Assembly (NCBI RefSeq): GCF_964204645.1
Contig: NC_134034.1
Coordinates: 11,792,962 to 11,856,961, forward strand
Direction of reading: 5' to 3'
DNA length: 64,000 nucleotides
Source: Tubulanus polymorphus
Taxonomy: Eukaryota > Animalia > Nemertea
A model generated the notes under the pieces. It did no database searches, had not been told where the DNA came from, and saw only the letters and a list, made by a program, of their open reading frames with translations. Both the position numbers and the translations under genes were made by a program. Below, in pieces: positions 37,201 to 49,200 of this stretch. Positions within the stretch are counted from its first letter, which is position 1; the number at the start of each line of letters is the position of its first letter.

Positions 37201-40200
37201 CTTCGATGCCTTTCGTACTGGCAGCAAGTGCGAAAAGTTGTGGAACTCCGGCTGCTTTTTTCGCCAAGTCGAATGTAAAAATTGGATCTTTGCCAGCTGT
37301 ATCATTTTGTGAGAATGTCAACATATTTTGTCCCCCTCGTCCGAGGATGCTATATGGTTTTGCCACGGACGGGTTTTCTGTCGTGATCTGATCGTTGCCG
37401 AATAGATCGGTTCTATCGTTGATTTGGACTACATTTTTTGAACTACAGGCTGAAATTCAAATATCGTAAAAAGCTGATGACAATGAAAGCTCATGTTGAA
37501 AAGGCACGTACAGATATATACACACGCAAGCATACGACGCGTGAACTAGATCTTACATCATTCTCTATCGAGAGATGGAGAGAAATGTGTATCTAGAGAT
37601 TGAAAGCGGTGATAGCATTTACATCCATTCCTTTAAAGAAGTCTTCGTTTAATGATATTATTGGCATGAAATAATTCATTATGTGTATATTGAAAAAGCT
37701 ACCCCAATCAGGAAGCGCGTCTAGAACTTTTTTTTCCAGTTCACTTACTCGGCGGTGTCGTTGTCGCCAGTGTGGACGGTCCTGGTGTTGTTGTGAGAAT
37801 TGTTGTAGTTGGAATTGTAGTTGGTTTTGAAGTAGCTGAAAAAACCGAACTATATTGGTAAAAGTTGTTTTCCTTCCTTTTGCGCGTGCTCATCATATAA
37901 GTCAAGAGCAATTTATGAAAACAGAGCGTTGATCATAGATTATATCATCATCTGCCTCGTTTAGCTGGAATGTTTGGAAATTATTTATTTACTGCTTTAT
38001 TGGACCTACACTCGATGATATTCTAGGTTCTGTTTATTGAACTCACCCGGTTCCATACAGACAGAAATCTGTACCGTTATGTGTATAATCGAGTTCTCGA
38101 GATCTATTGGAAGCTCAGTTGCGATCAACCGAAATTTCGTTGTCGCTACTGCTGGTTCAAACAGGGCTTCGTCATTTTTGATATTAGAATCTGGTACTTT
38201 GACCCATTCGCCGTTGTTTCCAACGACCTCTAATGCGAATTTCCTTATATTTGTGTCGACCATAATGTGAACAAGTTGTGGAACTCCGGTCGCTTTTTTC
38301 GCCAAGTCGAACGTGAAAATTGGACCTTTGCCAGATACACTTCGTTGTGGAAACGCCAACATTGTTTTTCCTCCTCGTCCGATGATGTTGTACGGTTCTG
38401 ACACAGACGGGTTTTCTGTCGTGACCTGATCGTTGCCGAATAAATCAGGCCGGGCGTTGATAACGATAGCGTCCGCTCGTTTGCAGGAGGGCTGAGCTGA
38501 AATTCATAACAACCGACGATATGTGTATGTGTGCTGCGTGTTATAGGGGCTAAAACTGTCTCTACAATCGTGTGCACAACTTAATGTCATAAACTGCACT
38601 TCGATTTAAACCAACAACTTCGGAATCAAAACATATATCAGACAAAATACAAAATTGGTTTCATCATTTCTATCCGAAAGTACATCTACGCCTGATTTCC
38701 AGTGCACTTACTAGGTGGCGCTGTTGTCACCGTTGTGGATGGTGCTGGGGTTGTGGCAACTATTGTCGTAGTTGGAATTGTAGTTGGTTTCGATGTAGCT
38801 GGAAAAAACCGAACTATATTGGAAGAAATTCCTTCCTTTTGTATTCATCAGATTGAAAGCATCGTCTGAACATCGTAATAGAACGATTTGTGAAAATGGG
38901 GTGGAGGTCATCAAAATGAAATCGTGGTCAAAAGCTTAGGTTGAACAGATTCTTTCACGAGAAGATTCGTAGAATAGCCGTGTTAACCGGGTGTAGAATA
39001 AATAATTAAACGAGTAGTATTATGTATTTGACGAACGAGCTTTCACTGCTAATGTATACATTAGCTTCATCGGTCGAATGAGTATAGTACATAGGCCTAC
39101 TACTCGTCTCGATATAGATTTTATCATGTGCCCAGTGTACTGAATTAGCATATTTCCTATCATGGACGCTTGTGAAAATATTCAACTGCTTTGATGACCT
39201 CCACCCGACGATATCCTAGGTTCTGTTTGATGAACTCACCAAGTTCCATACAGACAAAAACTTGTACCCCTATGTTTATAATTGGAGACTCTGGTAGCTT
39301 AGTTGCGATCAACCGAAATTTCGTTGTCGCTATTGCTGGTCCAGACAGGGCTTCATACTTCTTTATACTAAAATTTGGTACTTTGACCCATTCGCCGTTA
39401 TTTCCAACGACCTCTAATGCTAATTTCTGTATATTCGTGTAGACCTCAAGGTCCTCAAGTTGTGGCACTCCGGCCGCTTTTTTCGCCAAGTCGAAAGTAA
39501 AAATTGGATCTTTGCCGGATGTTTCGCTTCTTTGAAAGATCAACGACGCTACTCCTTCTCCTCGACCGATGATGTTGTACGGTTCTGACACAGACAGGTT
39601 TTCTGTCGTGACCTGATCGTTGCCGAACATAGCAGGCCAGTTGTTGATGCGGATAGCATTCGCTCGATTACAGGTGGGCTGAGCTGAAATTCATAATGGC
39701 CCACAATTGGTGTATGTACGATGGTGTGGAACAACTTAAGAATCAGTTGAAATCTGTCCACGTCATGGTCAGATGCAAAATTATAACGATTTGAAATTTC
39801 GATTGTAACCCACGAATTCGGAATTGATATTCAATTGGAACGGTTTAATAGTTTCAAACTCTCGAATTTTCACCGAAGATTCATTATTTTACACGCGATT
39901 TTTTCGTTCATTAAACGCGCATTTTCTGGCAAAAGTATCGAGCTCTTTCTCTATCAATCAGATCGGAGCCATTGGCATTGTTTCAAATATTGCTTAAACC
40001 AAGTGCCGAACGAAATACAGAACAAGTTTCAGATATTCATATCCGAAAGTATATCTTGGGAGAGTTTTCCTGGGCACTTACTAGGTGGCACTGTTGTCGC
40101 CGTTGTGGATGATGCTGGGGTTGTGGCAGCTATTGTTGTAGTTGATGGAGTAGTTGGTTTTATGGTTGCTGGAAAAAAATCGGAACATTTTCGTGCGAAT

Positions 40201-43200
40201 TCATCGATCAAAGAGATGATTTTGACGACTAAGAGTTAAATAAACAAGCAGTGAAGTAGATTGAATTGAAGTCGACTTCAATTGGAGGACTTCTTCATCG
40301 TGCAAACGTTCTCTCTGAAATTCAAAACATCTGACGAAAATCATCAAAATTGTCCTCAGAAAAAGTTGTTACAAAAAATTCAATCAGTCAACTGAAAATG
40401 AGTATACTAATAATGAAATTGGACCCGGTTCCAAAAGATGGTTGAAAATGCTTTTGAAATCGTATAAATCTTAACCAAATACAGTGAATTTAGATTCGTG
40501 AGCCCTAACGAAAAACCCCATCGGCAGTCTAAGCGTCAGATTAAACCAATTCTCACGGAACCAGATCCTGGGACTTTACTCGTTAACATTTATTGAAATG
40601 ACGAATAAAAAGTTTGTTTTTTATCATGGAAAATAATAAAAAATATAGCGCACACTCACTTGATGGTACAGGTGTCGTGGGTGTTGGTCCCGTAGTTGTA
40701 GGTGTTAGTGTTGATGAGCCTGAAATGTTGTTTTTGTTTATATACTAGAGGTATGTGTCGTCGTGTTTCAGTGGGTTTATATGTATATGAATGTGAAAAA
40801 CGAATTCGTGATTGCATTTTACGCGGCACGGTTGCTCTATAAGTTGAATTATGTTGACTTCGAGCACTGCTAGAAACCAATCTCGATCAGGTTTCTTTGC
40901 GAAGTACTCAGAGTTCGATTTTATTTATATACTTTCATAGAAAAAAGTTCTTTTTAAAGAAGTGTTAGGATGATCTGTAAATGAAGTATGCTTTCGGGCT
41001 CTGAAGGCTTTAACTGAGGACAGAGTCACCCGGATCCAGTTCCACAGTTGTGAGTTTGAGTTTACTCTCCAGATAGAATAAGTTCATCTTCGATGAATTA
41101 ACACTTAAAAAAACCTTTAAACTCAGTACCGTACCGTGAAACGGGTTCCAGACGATGACGTTAAGCTTGTTGTATGTTTAACTCAATTGGTTAACATAAA
41201 ATCCAATACTTACTCGGCGGTCGGCAGACACAACATCCAGTCGACGGCGAGATATCTTTCACAAGTCCCTGATTTAAGAAATATCGAGAAAACAGAGTTA
41301 AGATATCGTCGTAACGAATTCGAATGCCTTATATTAAAAATACATGTATTGTTGCTAATATGTAATCTGATTATATCAAAACTATAACAAAGCATCTTAT
41401 GATAGCAAAGCGCAAATCATCAGCTAAAATCAAATTAACGAATCGTCCTGTTGCTTGTAATTTCAACTATGTTTTGACGAGGCCGCGTTAATAACGTTGT
41501 AATATATGAGTCAGTTGCATAAGTCATGGCTTAGGTTAAGCTCATCTTGGTTTTGACAAGCAGCGCAACACCAGTCTATGGCCATCTCAGTTCAGCCAGG
41601 GAAGTGTGACTTCCCCGGTTCAGCTAACAATCATTTCACGTCGGTTTTATTAACAGCGAAAGACATTTCCCTATTCCGTAAGTCATATGTCGTATGTCAT
41701 ATGCTGTTGAATGTACTTACGGGGCTACACTGTTCTGTATTGCAGTCTTTACCGCACGTTACTGATCCGTTTATACATGTACATTCGATGCATTTCGTTT
41801 TGTTCCAAACATCACCGTCCTATCAATAGAAAACACGAACACATATATTCATATATTACTGAAGATGGATATTATAAATAATAATCAAAACGTTGATCGA
41901 ATGTTAAGCCCAATGAAATTCGGATTTCTTTTTTACTTTGCTTTGTGTAGGATTCAATGTTATTCAATGACAAGACCATATCCAAAACAATATTTGAACA
42001 ACTGGTCGATTTGCTCATGAATTGCTACGACGTTCTAGGTGCCTGTTGGAGTAATCATTTGGGAGCAATCAAATGATTACAATGATTTACTCAAATGATT
42101 ACTCCACGGTTTGACGTCTAGAGCTGATGACATTACTCTCGTAGATGAAATCTTGTTCATACTTACAGCACGTTCAACTGGCGGTTTACCAGGTACGGTA
42201 GACTGTTCCAAGCAAGGGCAATTCCGTTCATCCGACCCGTCCGCGCAGTCGATTTTCTTGTTACATTTATCAACCTTTTTAAAGCACTGTTTACAATCAT
42301 CGCACCGCATGTACGTGCTGTCTGCGCACTCGACGCAAGGCGAGGTTGTTGGCGAGCTCGGTGGGACTACTGGAGTTGTCGCAGTTGAAGCTGGACTACT
42401 GACGGGAGTGGTTGTGTGCGGCACTGTAGTGGTTATCGGGGGCGTAGTCGGAACTAGAACAAAAAGCCAAATACATCGTTATATGTTATATCATCTTTAT
42501 GTATTACCAGGGCGATAATATTGCGGAAAATGTATGTACAACGCGTTGAAAGGTGACAAAATCCTAAATTTCCAAATGACCGAGGAAAGATTATGTAAGA
42601 TTTCTACATATCTAGTTACATAGATGTACATAAAAAATGTATTCTACACGGTTTATTTTTCTCGAATATTTCTTAATTGTAATCATTCCAATAATCTAAT
42701 CATTGCGGATGAATAAAGAACATATTTTGAACTGAATTCGAATGAATTATCAACATAAATATAAGACATCCGGATAGAGAGACCTCAACTATATCATATT
42801 CAACTTACGTTTCTTGCAGTGACAACAGTCATTTGGATTATTCACCAATGTTGTCTAAAACAAAACAAAAAAAAACAATTTCAATCAGTGATATTATACA
42901 CTGATTACAAAGGTTCGAGGAAGGCCTAATCTTTTCTTGGCCCAGACGACAACAGATACTATACTAACCCCTGTTCTACAAGTAATTGAACAGATTATCG
43001 TGCATTTGAGCGTGCACCCTAGATCGTACGTGCATGTTTCGTCACAGGTCACTGTGCCATTATATTTCCTCGTGAACGGCTTGCCGATCTACGAAACAAT
43101 ATCATGCGTATCATTTATTACATCGTATCATTATTAACCATTATTAGAACAACAGCAATAACAATAACAATAACAATAACAATAACAATAACAATAACAA

Positions 43201-46200
43201 TAACAATAACAATAACAATAATAATAATAATAATGATGATAATAAAATGCTAGTGAAATTTACATCAAACATTTGCAGTTGTCAAGAAGCACCAAATCTT
43301 TTTTTCAATATCAGCATCATGATACATAGATCAATATAGAAAACCATCTTGAAAATAAGGTCCAAAAATTGCAAATTGAGATGATTCAAAATTCAAAGGT
43401 TTTCACGAGAACGAACATGATTCTTACCGGGTACGTATCGTTGCCTTGTCCACATACACAATCGGTATGGTTGACACATTTTCCTTGGTCATCGACGACC
43501 ATATCAGTGGGACACATGCAGCATTTACCTGCACGAAAAAATAAAACAATATTCCTATGGCAATTGGATATTTCTGGAGATTATTAAACGAAAATAGAAA
43601 TAATCTCATCGCGACCTCGGTATAGCTGCACTGAAATATTACTGACTTATATCGGCCGAATAATCGTAGATAAGAAAATGTCCCTACTGATGTTATTACT
43701 TCACCGCCTATAAACATCTTGAAGTATTTCGTAAAAATTAACTAATCAATAAATTACATTTTATCTACCGAAATATTTCTCTCATTAGTATGTTCGTAGT
43801 TACTCTTGTTATTTCTATTTTTTATCTAAATCAGTTATATCGTAGTATATCGCGTTTTTGAATTTGTAATTTTTCTACTGTGTTGTTATGAATATAAATG
43901 TAAATTGTGTGTTGTCCGGGTTTCAGTGTAAATGAAACAAATAAAACTTAAAAGACGTCGACTTCCGACGTACCGAATTTATCGGGAGTCTTATCCGTGC
44001 ACACGGTCGATGCTTGTCGATTATTCAGGACGTCCTGACACGTTCGTTCGCAACCGCAGCTTTCATACTGTTTACCATCGGTACACGGTGGAGTGGTCGG
44101 TGGTATCGTTGTCGGTTGAGGCGAAGTTGTAGGCACGGTTTTCGGGGATGTCGTCGGTATCGGGGAGGAGCATTCGTTGATATCGATGCACTCGAGGACT
44201 TCGATCTTTATGTTCGCCAGGTATTGGTTATTCGGATCCTTAGCTAGGTAAATCGTTAATTTCTTCGCTGATACAGGTTCGTTGACCAGTGTATTACTCG
44301 GTGTGAAAACCTACGTAAGACAATTTCATAATCGTTATTATCATTATTATTGACATTTTGGCGTCCTATTTAGTGTTATGCACTGCTCACGGGTTCTTAC
44401 GTCATCTAGAAAGTACATTTAGCAATCATGCAGGTAGCTGGAGTAAACTTTGTCAATTTAGAATACGGGTACATGTAATATGAAATTTGAAAATCTTCAA
44501 ATCTAGAAACCACATGGTGAAATAGCCCGTACACTCGTCCAAGGAGAAAAAAGATTATAATCGATATCTATTTATCGAGAATGAATAAAATCAAAAAGAC
44601 AAGACGAACTCCCCACTTTTCGTGTAGAAACGATTGTCGAACATTTTTTGGGAATAAACGCTACCTGTTTATTTCCGTTAATGTCTTTTACTGGTGCCAT
44701 TGTATTTCTGGCCATCATCGAGTTGGAATATTCTGCGGTCCATTCGTACCCGTTTATGACTTTGATATTGTGAATAACAAGAGGCCGTTCCCCGATTCCG
44801 GCTAGAGTCAGTTCGATGTGTGGGTTCGAACTGAGTCCGTAATTCAACGTCCAACCTTTACCGTCCGTCTTAACGATATCTCCCGATCTGCTGAGCGCGC
44901 CGCCATTTATGAACAGCCGGATCTTCGAAGCGGCGATATCCTTCATGACGTTAGTGCACACCGATTTAATGCAACCTATGAAAAAACGCGACACAGATTC
45001 GTGTTAGTTCGCAATGAGACATCTAATACAGGGCAGGCACGGATCCAGAGGGGGGTTTCAGGGGTCGTGACCCCCTGCTCAGCTACCAAAAAAATTTCTT
45101 AATCGTTTTTTTGAAGGAATATACTCAAGACAAAGCGGCCGAACAGTACTATATAATCGGTACCATATCATTTTATGTTTGGCCATACAATATCCCGTTA
45201 AGGGTCCCTATCAGAGATTTTAGTCGGTGGTTTGACATTAACTTTCATTAACACCCTCCTGGAAAAAATCTTGGATCCGCACCTGCAGGGGCTGCAGTTG
45301 TCCGAAAGAAAACCAACGGATAAATACCATAGCAACAATGAACATTTAACTATCGCTATGTCAACTATCCACTACTCAACTCGATCCAACTTTTGAGCAA
45401 CTGACCCCAGCACGTGTATCGATCGAGTCGGTTTAACGAAAATAAAGTGTAGTTCAAGTAGAACTAGTGGAGACTGATGGCTGACAATGGCCATTACGCG
45501 ATACAGCCGAAACGTTGTTGAAATAACATATCCATTTACGGAAGAACTTTCTTTTTCCGGACTTATTACTTTAATGTAGGATTGTTGACAACAAAGACAA
45601 GTTCCCCTATGTAAGATGCTAGAACATCGAGTAGTGGACCGATGTCGGACTCGTCATCAATACTTTCAGTGTAAGATGATTTGAAGAATATTGTATGTGC
45701 GTATATATTACCGGGTGATGTAGTTGAAGAGATTGGTCCGGAAGCTGTAGTGATCGGGGGTGGTACTGTCGATGCGCACGACGGGCAACACTCTCCTTCT
45801 ACGTGGACGGCCGACAATCCCTGAAAATGATGACGTAATTTCTTTTTCCAAACACAGCAAAAAGTAAATGAAATCAGTTCGGGTGAATTAAATTCAAAAA
45901 CGAGCGATTCATGAATGTGTCGGAAATACAGTAAACCTGGCCTTTCTCTGACATGGCCAACTGAGACCTTTGTCAAAATCATTTTTCTGATTAACATATT
46001 TTCGTATCGTTTACGCGTACTAGTTCACAGTAAGGCGAAGTTTACTCTAAATCGAACCTCAAACCGATGTTGTTTACTTACCGCTTTTTCGCAGAGAAGT
46101 TGCGCACATTGAACGCCGCACGATATCGTCCCGTTTAGACATGTACACGTTTTGCAGCCTTTCTTCCAAGTTTCGCCAGGCTATGCAAAAAAATATTAAT

Positions 46201-49200
46201 GAAAATAGTCATTTCACGCGAAACACTTATATTTTAGCAGTTACATCGGAGTAAACCGGCATTAAAAGTTTTTTTTTCGTGTTTTCAAAAAGAGTTCGCC
46301 GTTTTGGAAATTATTTGCACGGGATACTTAGATCTACGACCATTCTTATACCACGGAAAATACTTAGATTTTAGATCACTCGAAGGTCATGTTAGTTCGA
46401 TTTCCAATCTTAAGGCCGGTCTAATGAATGATTTAAGACAATTTCGGTCACGACCGTAGAAGTAGAATAGTTGTGATAACAATCAAATCTATCAATCTAT
46501 CATATATATGTAAGATATAGTCCGTAACTTTACCCGAGCTTATGATTCATTTGAAAATTCCACTAAGAGCTAATAGTCATCTTCGGGTTCCCAAAGATGA
46601 CACGGATGACTATTATGACAAAACTTCGAACGAAACTTTGCTCGAATAAGATTTTCGGACTCGTTTCATTTTTGGGATTGTATCAACGAATATCAACAAG
46701 GTTCAAGTCATTCTAACGTACTTTGTGAGTGGAATTGGTTTCTGGGTCCTTGCATTGACACTCTTCTTTTAATACACAATCGATTCCGTCCAAAAGGAGA
46801 GGGCTGCTGCCATTCATCGGCTTTGCGCATATGCATCCTGGGACGCAGTCGGCTTGTTGTCTGTTGCATTGAACGAACGTACCGTTCTTCTGGTAGGTGC
46901 ACATGTGATCGCAGGGGGTAAAGCAATCGGTCGGTTCCTTACCGGGCGGGCAGGCTAGCGAAGAGAACGATGGTAAATGTAAATTTTGAGATATTCAAAT
47001 ATATTTTCGTCGTAATAAATCTAAACACCACACGAATGCGTAAACAAATTCGAATTAGGGTTCAAAAACGTCCAACCACAATGAAACATTCGAAATCGTG
47101 TCTTATGGAGGAATAAATGAATATCAAACTCAAGCACACGCGGAGGTACGAAGGCTGCTTACTAATTGTGGTAGTTGGTGGTACGCTAACGGTAGTGCTT
47201 GTAACAGGTGTTGTCAGTGGAGACGTGGAACCTAATTAGAAAAAAAAACATAACATGTTAACATGCTTTTTGTGTAAACGGACGAATTGGAGCGCGGTAT
47301 GGAACTCCGACGGCCAATATGACGCGCTGTAACGTGTATACATAGATATTATTTGTTTTTAGTCTCTCTTACCGCTGGAAGGTGGCGTTGTTGACGTCGA
47401 GCAGAGAGTCTCGGTGCATTCGAAAACACCGTCTTCACAAATGCTGAAATTCACAAAAGCAATAAACGTTGAAACGTTGCAAATAATGCTCGCTTCTCGT
47501 CCGTCTCCGGTTCAATATCCCGGGCGGTGCTTACCATTCTTTACAGTTCAACAGTAATTTATATCCTGGTGGATAAACTTCGGATGGGTTTTCCGGGTTG
47601 GCGCACTCACAGTTTTCTGGCTCGACGCATCGCCCTGGAGTAAAAGAAAACAATGATATGAAATAATGTTGTTTGACTTCACCGCCGATCCAGACAGGAG
47701 CACAAGCATCACGTGCCGGCGCCGTAATGTTCCCATGCCCTTTTGAAAATACAAAGGCAACATTTTTCAGCGCCGGTTTCTACCCACAACGATGGAACTA
47801 TATTGACCTATTCTGGATTTGAACCGCTTATATTCTCTTAGATAACTATGAACAAAAAAGGGTTCGGGAATTTCTAAATTTTCCAGACTCTTGTTTTGGC
47901 TTGGCACTCGGTCTGCGTGGAAACCTGGCCTTTCTAGAGGTGGATTTGAAAGTTTTCATGTTTCTGTCGTTAAGGTACCGCGTCACCTTCACATCGAAGA
48001 GTACTAAGTGATCAGGACTCGACTGGTGTTCTTACCTTGGCTGTCCAAATAAGTGCCATTTGGACAACAACATCCTTCCGAACAGGGTAACTTGCAATCC
48101 ATCGATTGGCCATTGTTTCTTATGGACAAATCGATGCATCTTTTCGGACAGTGATCACAGCATTCGGAATACGTTTGTGGGAACGGAATGACATTTTTTC
48201 CTGTCGAGTTGTTGATAAATGGTTCTGTATTTCCGTTGGAACACTGTAGACCTATTCACAGGAAAGAGAACGCTTTTTTAAAACAATTTTTTACAACTTA
48301 AGCATGAAGCGACAACGCGCTTTTGAAAAGGTCTTAACGTGAACTTAAAGACGTCGCAGTGAGATCTTCGGTAGGTACCATCTCCACACGGAGGCCATAG
48401 TTAATATACAGAATATCTATATGAATGCGAGTTTGCTTACCGCATAATCCATCGTGTCTCCAGCGGATTGAGATGCCTTTTTCCGCGGAGCAGGCGTCGG
48501 CGTAAGCAGCAATAGCAGTACACGCGCATTCACAATCGCCACCTCTATCACACCCACAAGCATCGTCCATACAATATGTAAAATAGACCTCAACAGGGAT
48601 CTGTGACGACGATATAAAAAAATACGTATGTACAAACGTGACAATACAGATTATACATCCATGATTAAACTGGGACTAGGTCCACAGTCAAATACAGATT
48701 ATACGTCCATGATTAAACTGGGACTAGGTCCACAGTCAAATACAGATTATACGTCCATGATTAAACTGGGACTAGGTCCACAGTCAAATTAAACATACAC
48801 AATAAGGGTTATAGGCCTAACGTTCGTTACCGGAAGTAGGTATCAGTTTTCGCGTCAGCCAACTACATTTCAATGAAAATCGTCGGTTCAAGTTTCCAGA
48901 AAGCATTTTCTCAAAAACTATACACGCACTCACCTTTTCCAAGATTTCCCACTTTTTTGAAAGAAAATGCTTACTGGAAACTTGAATCGACGGATTTTCA
49001 TTGAACTGTAGTTGGCTGACGCGAAAACTGATACCTACTTCCGGTAACGAACGTTAGGCCTATAACCCGTATTGTGGAACTGGGTCCACAGTCAAATTAG
49101 ACCCACACATCTATGGAACTGGGTCCACAGTCGAACTAAACATGTACAACTGTGGAACTGGGTCCACAGTCAAATCAAACCCACACAACTGTGAAGCTGG

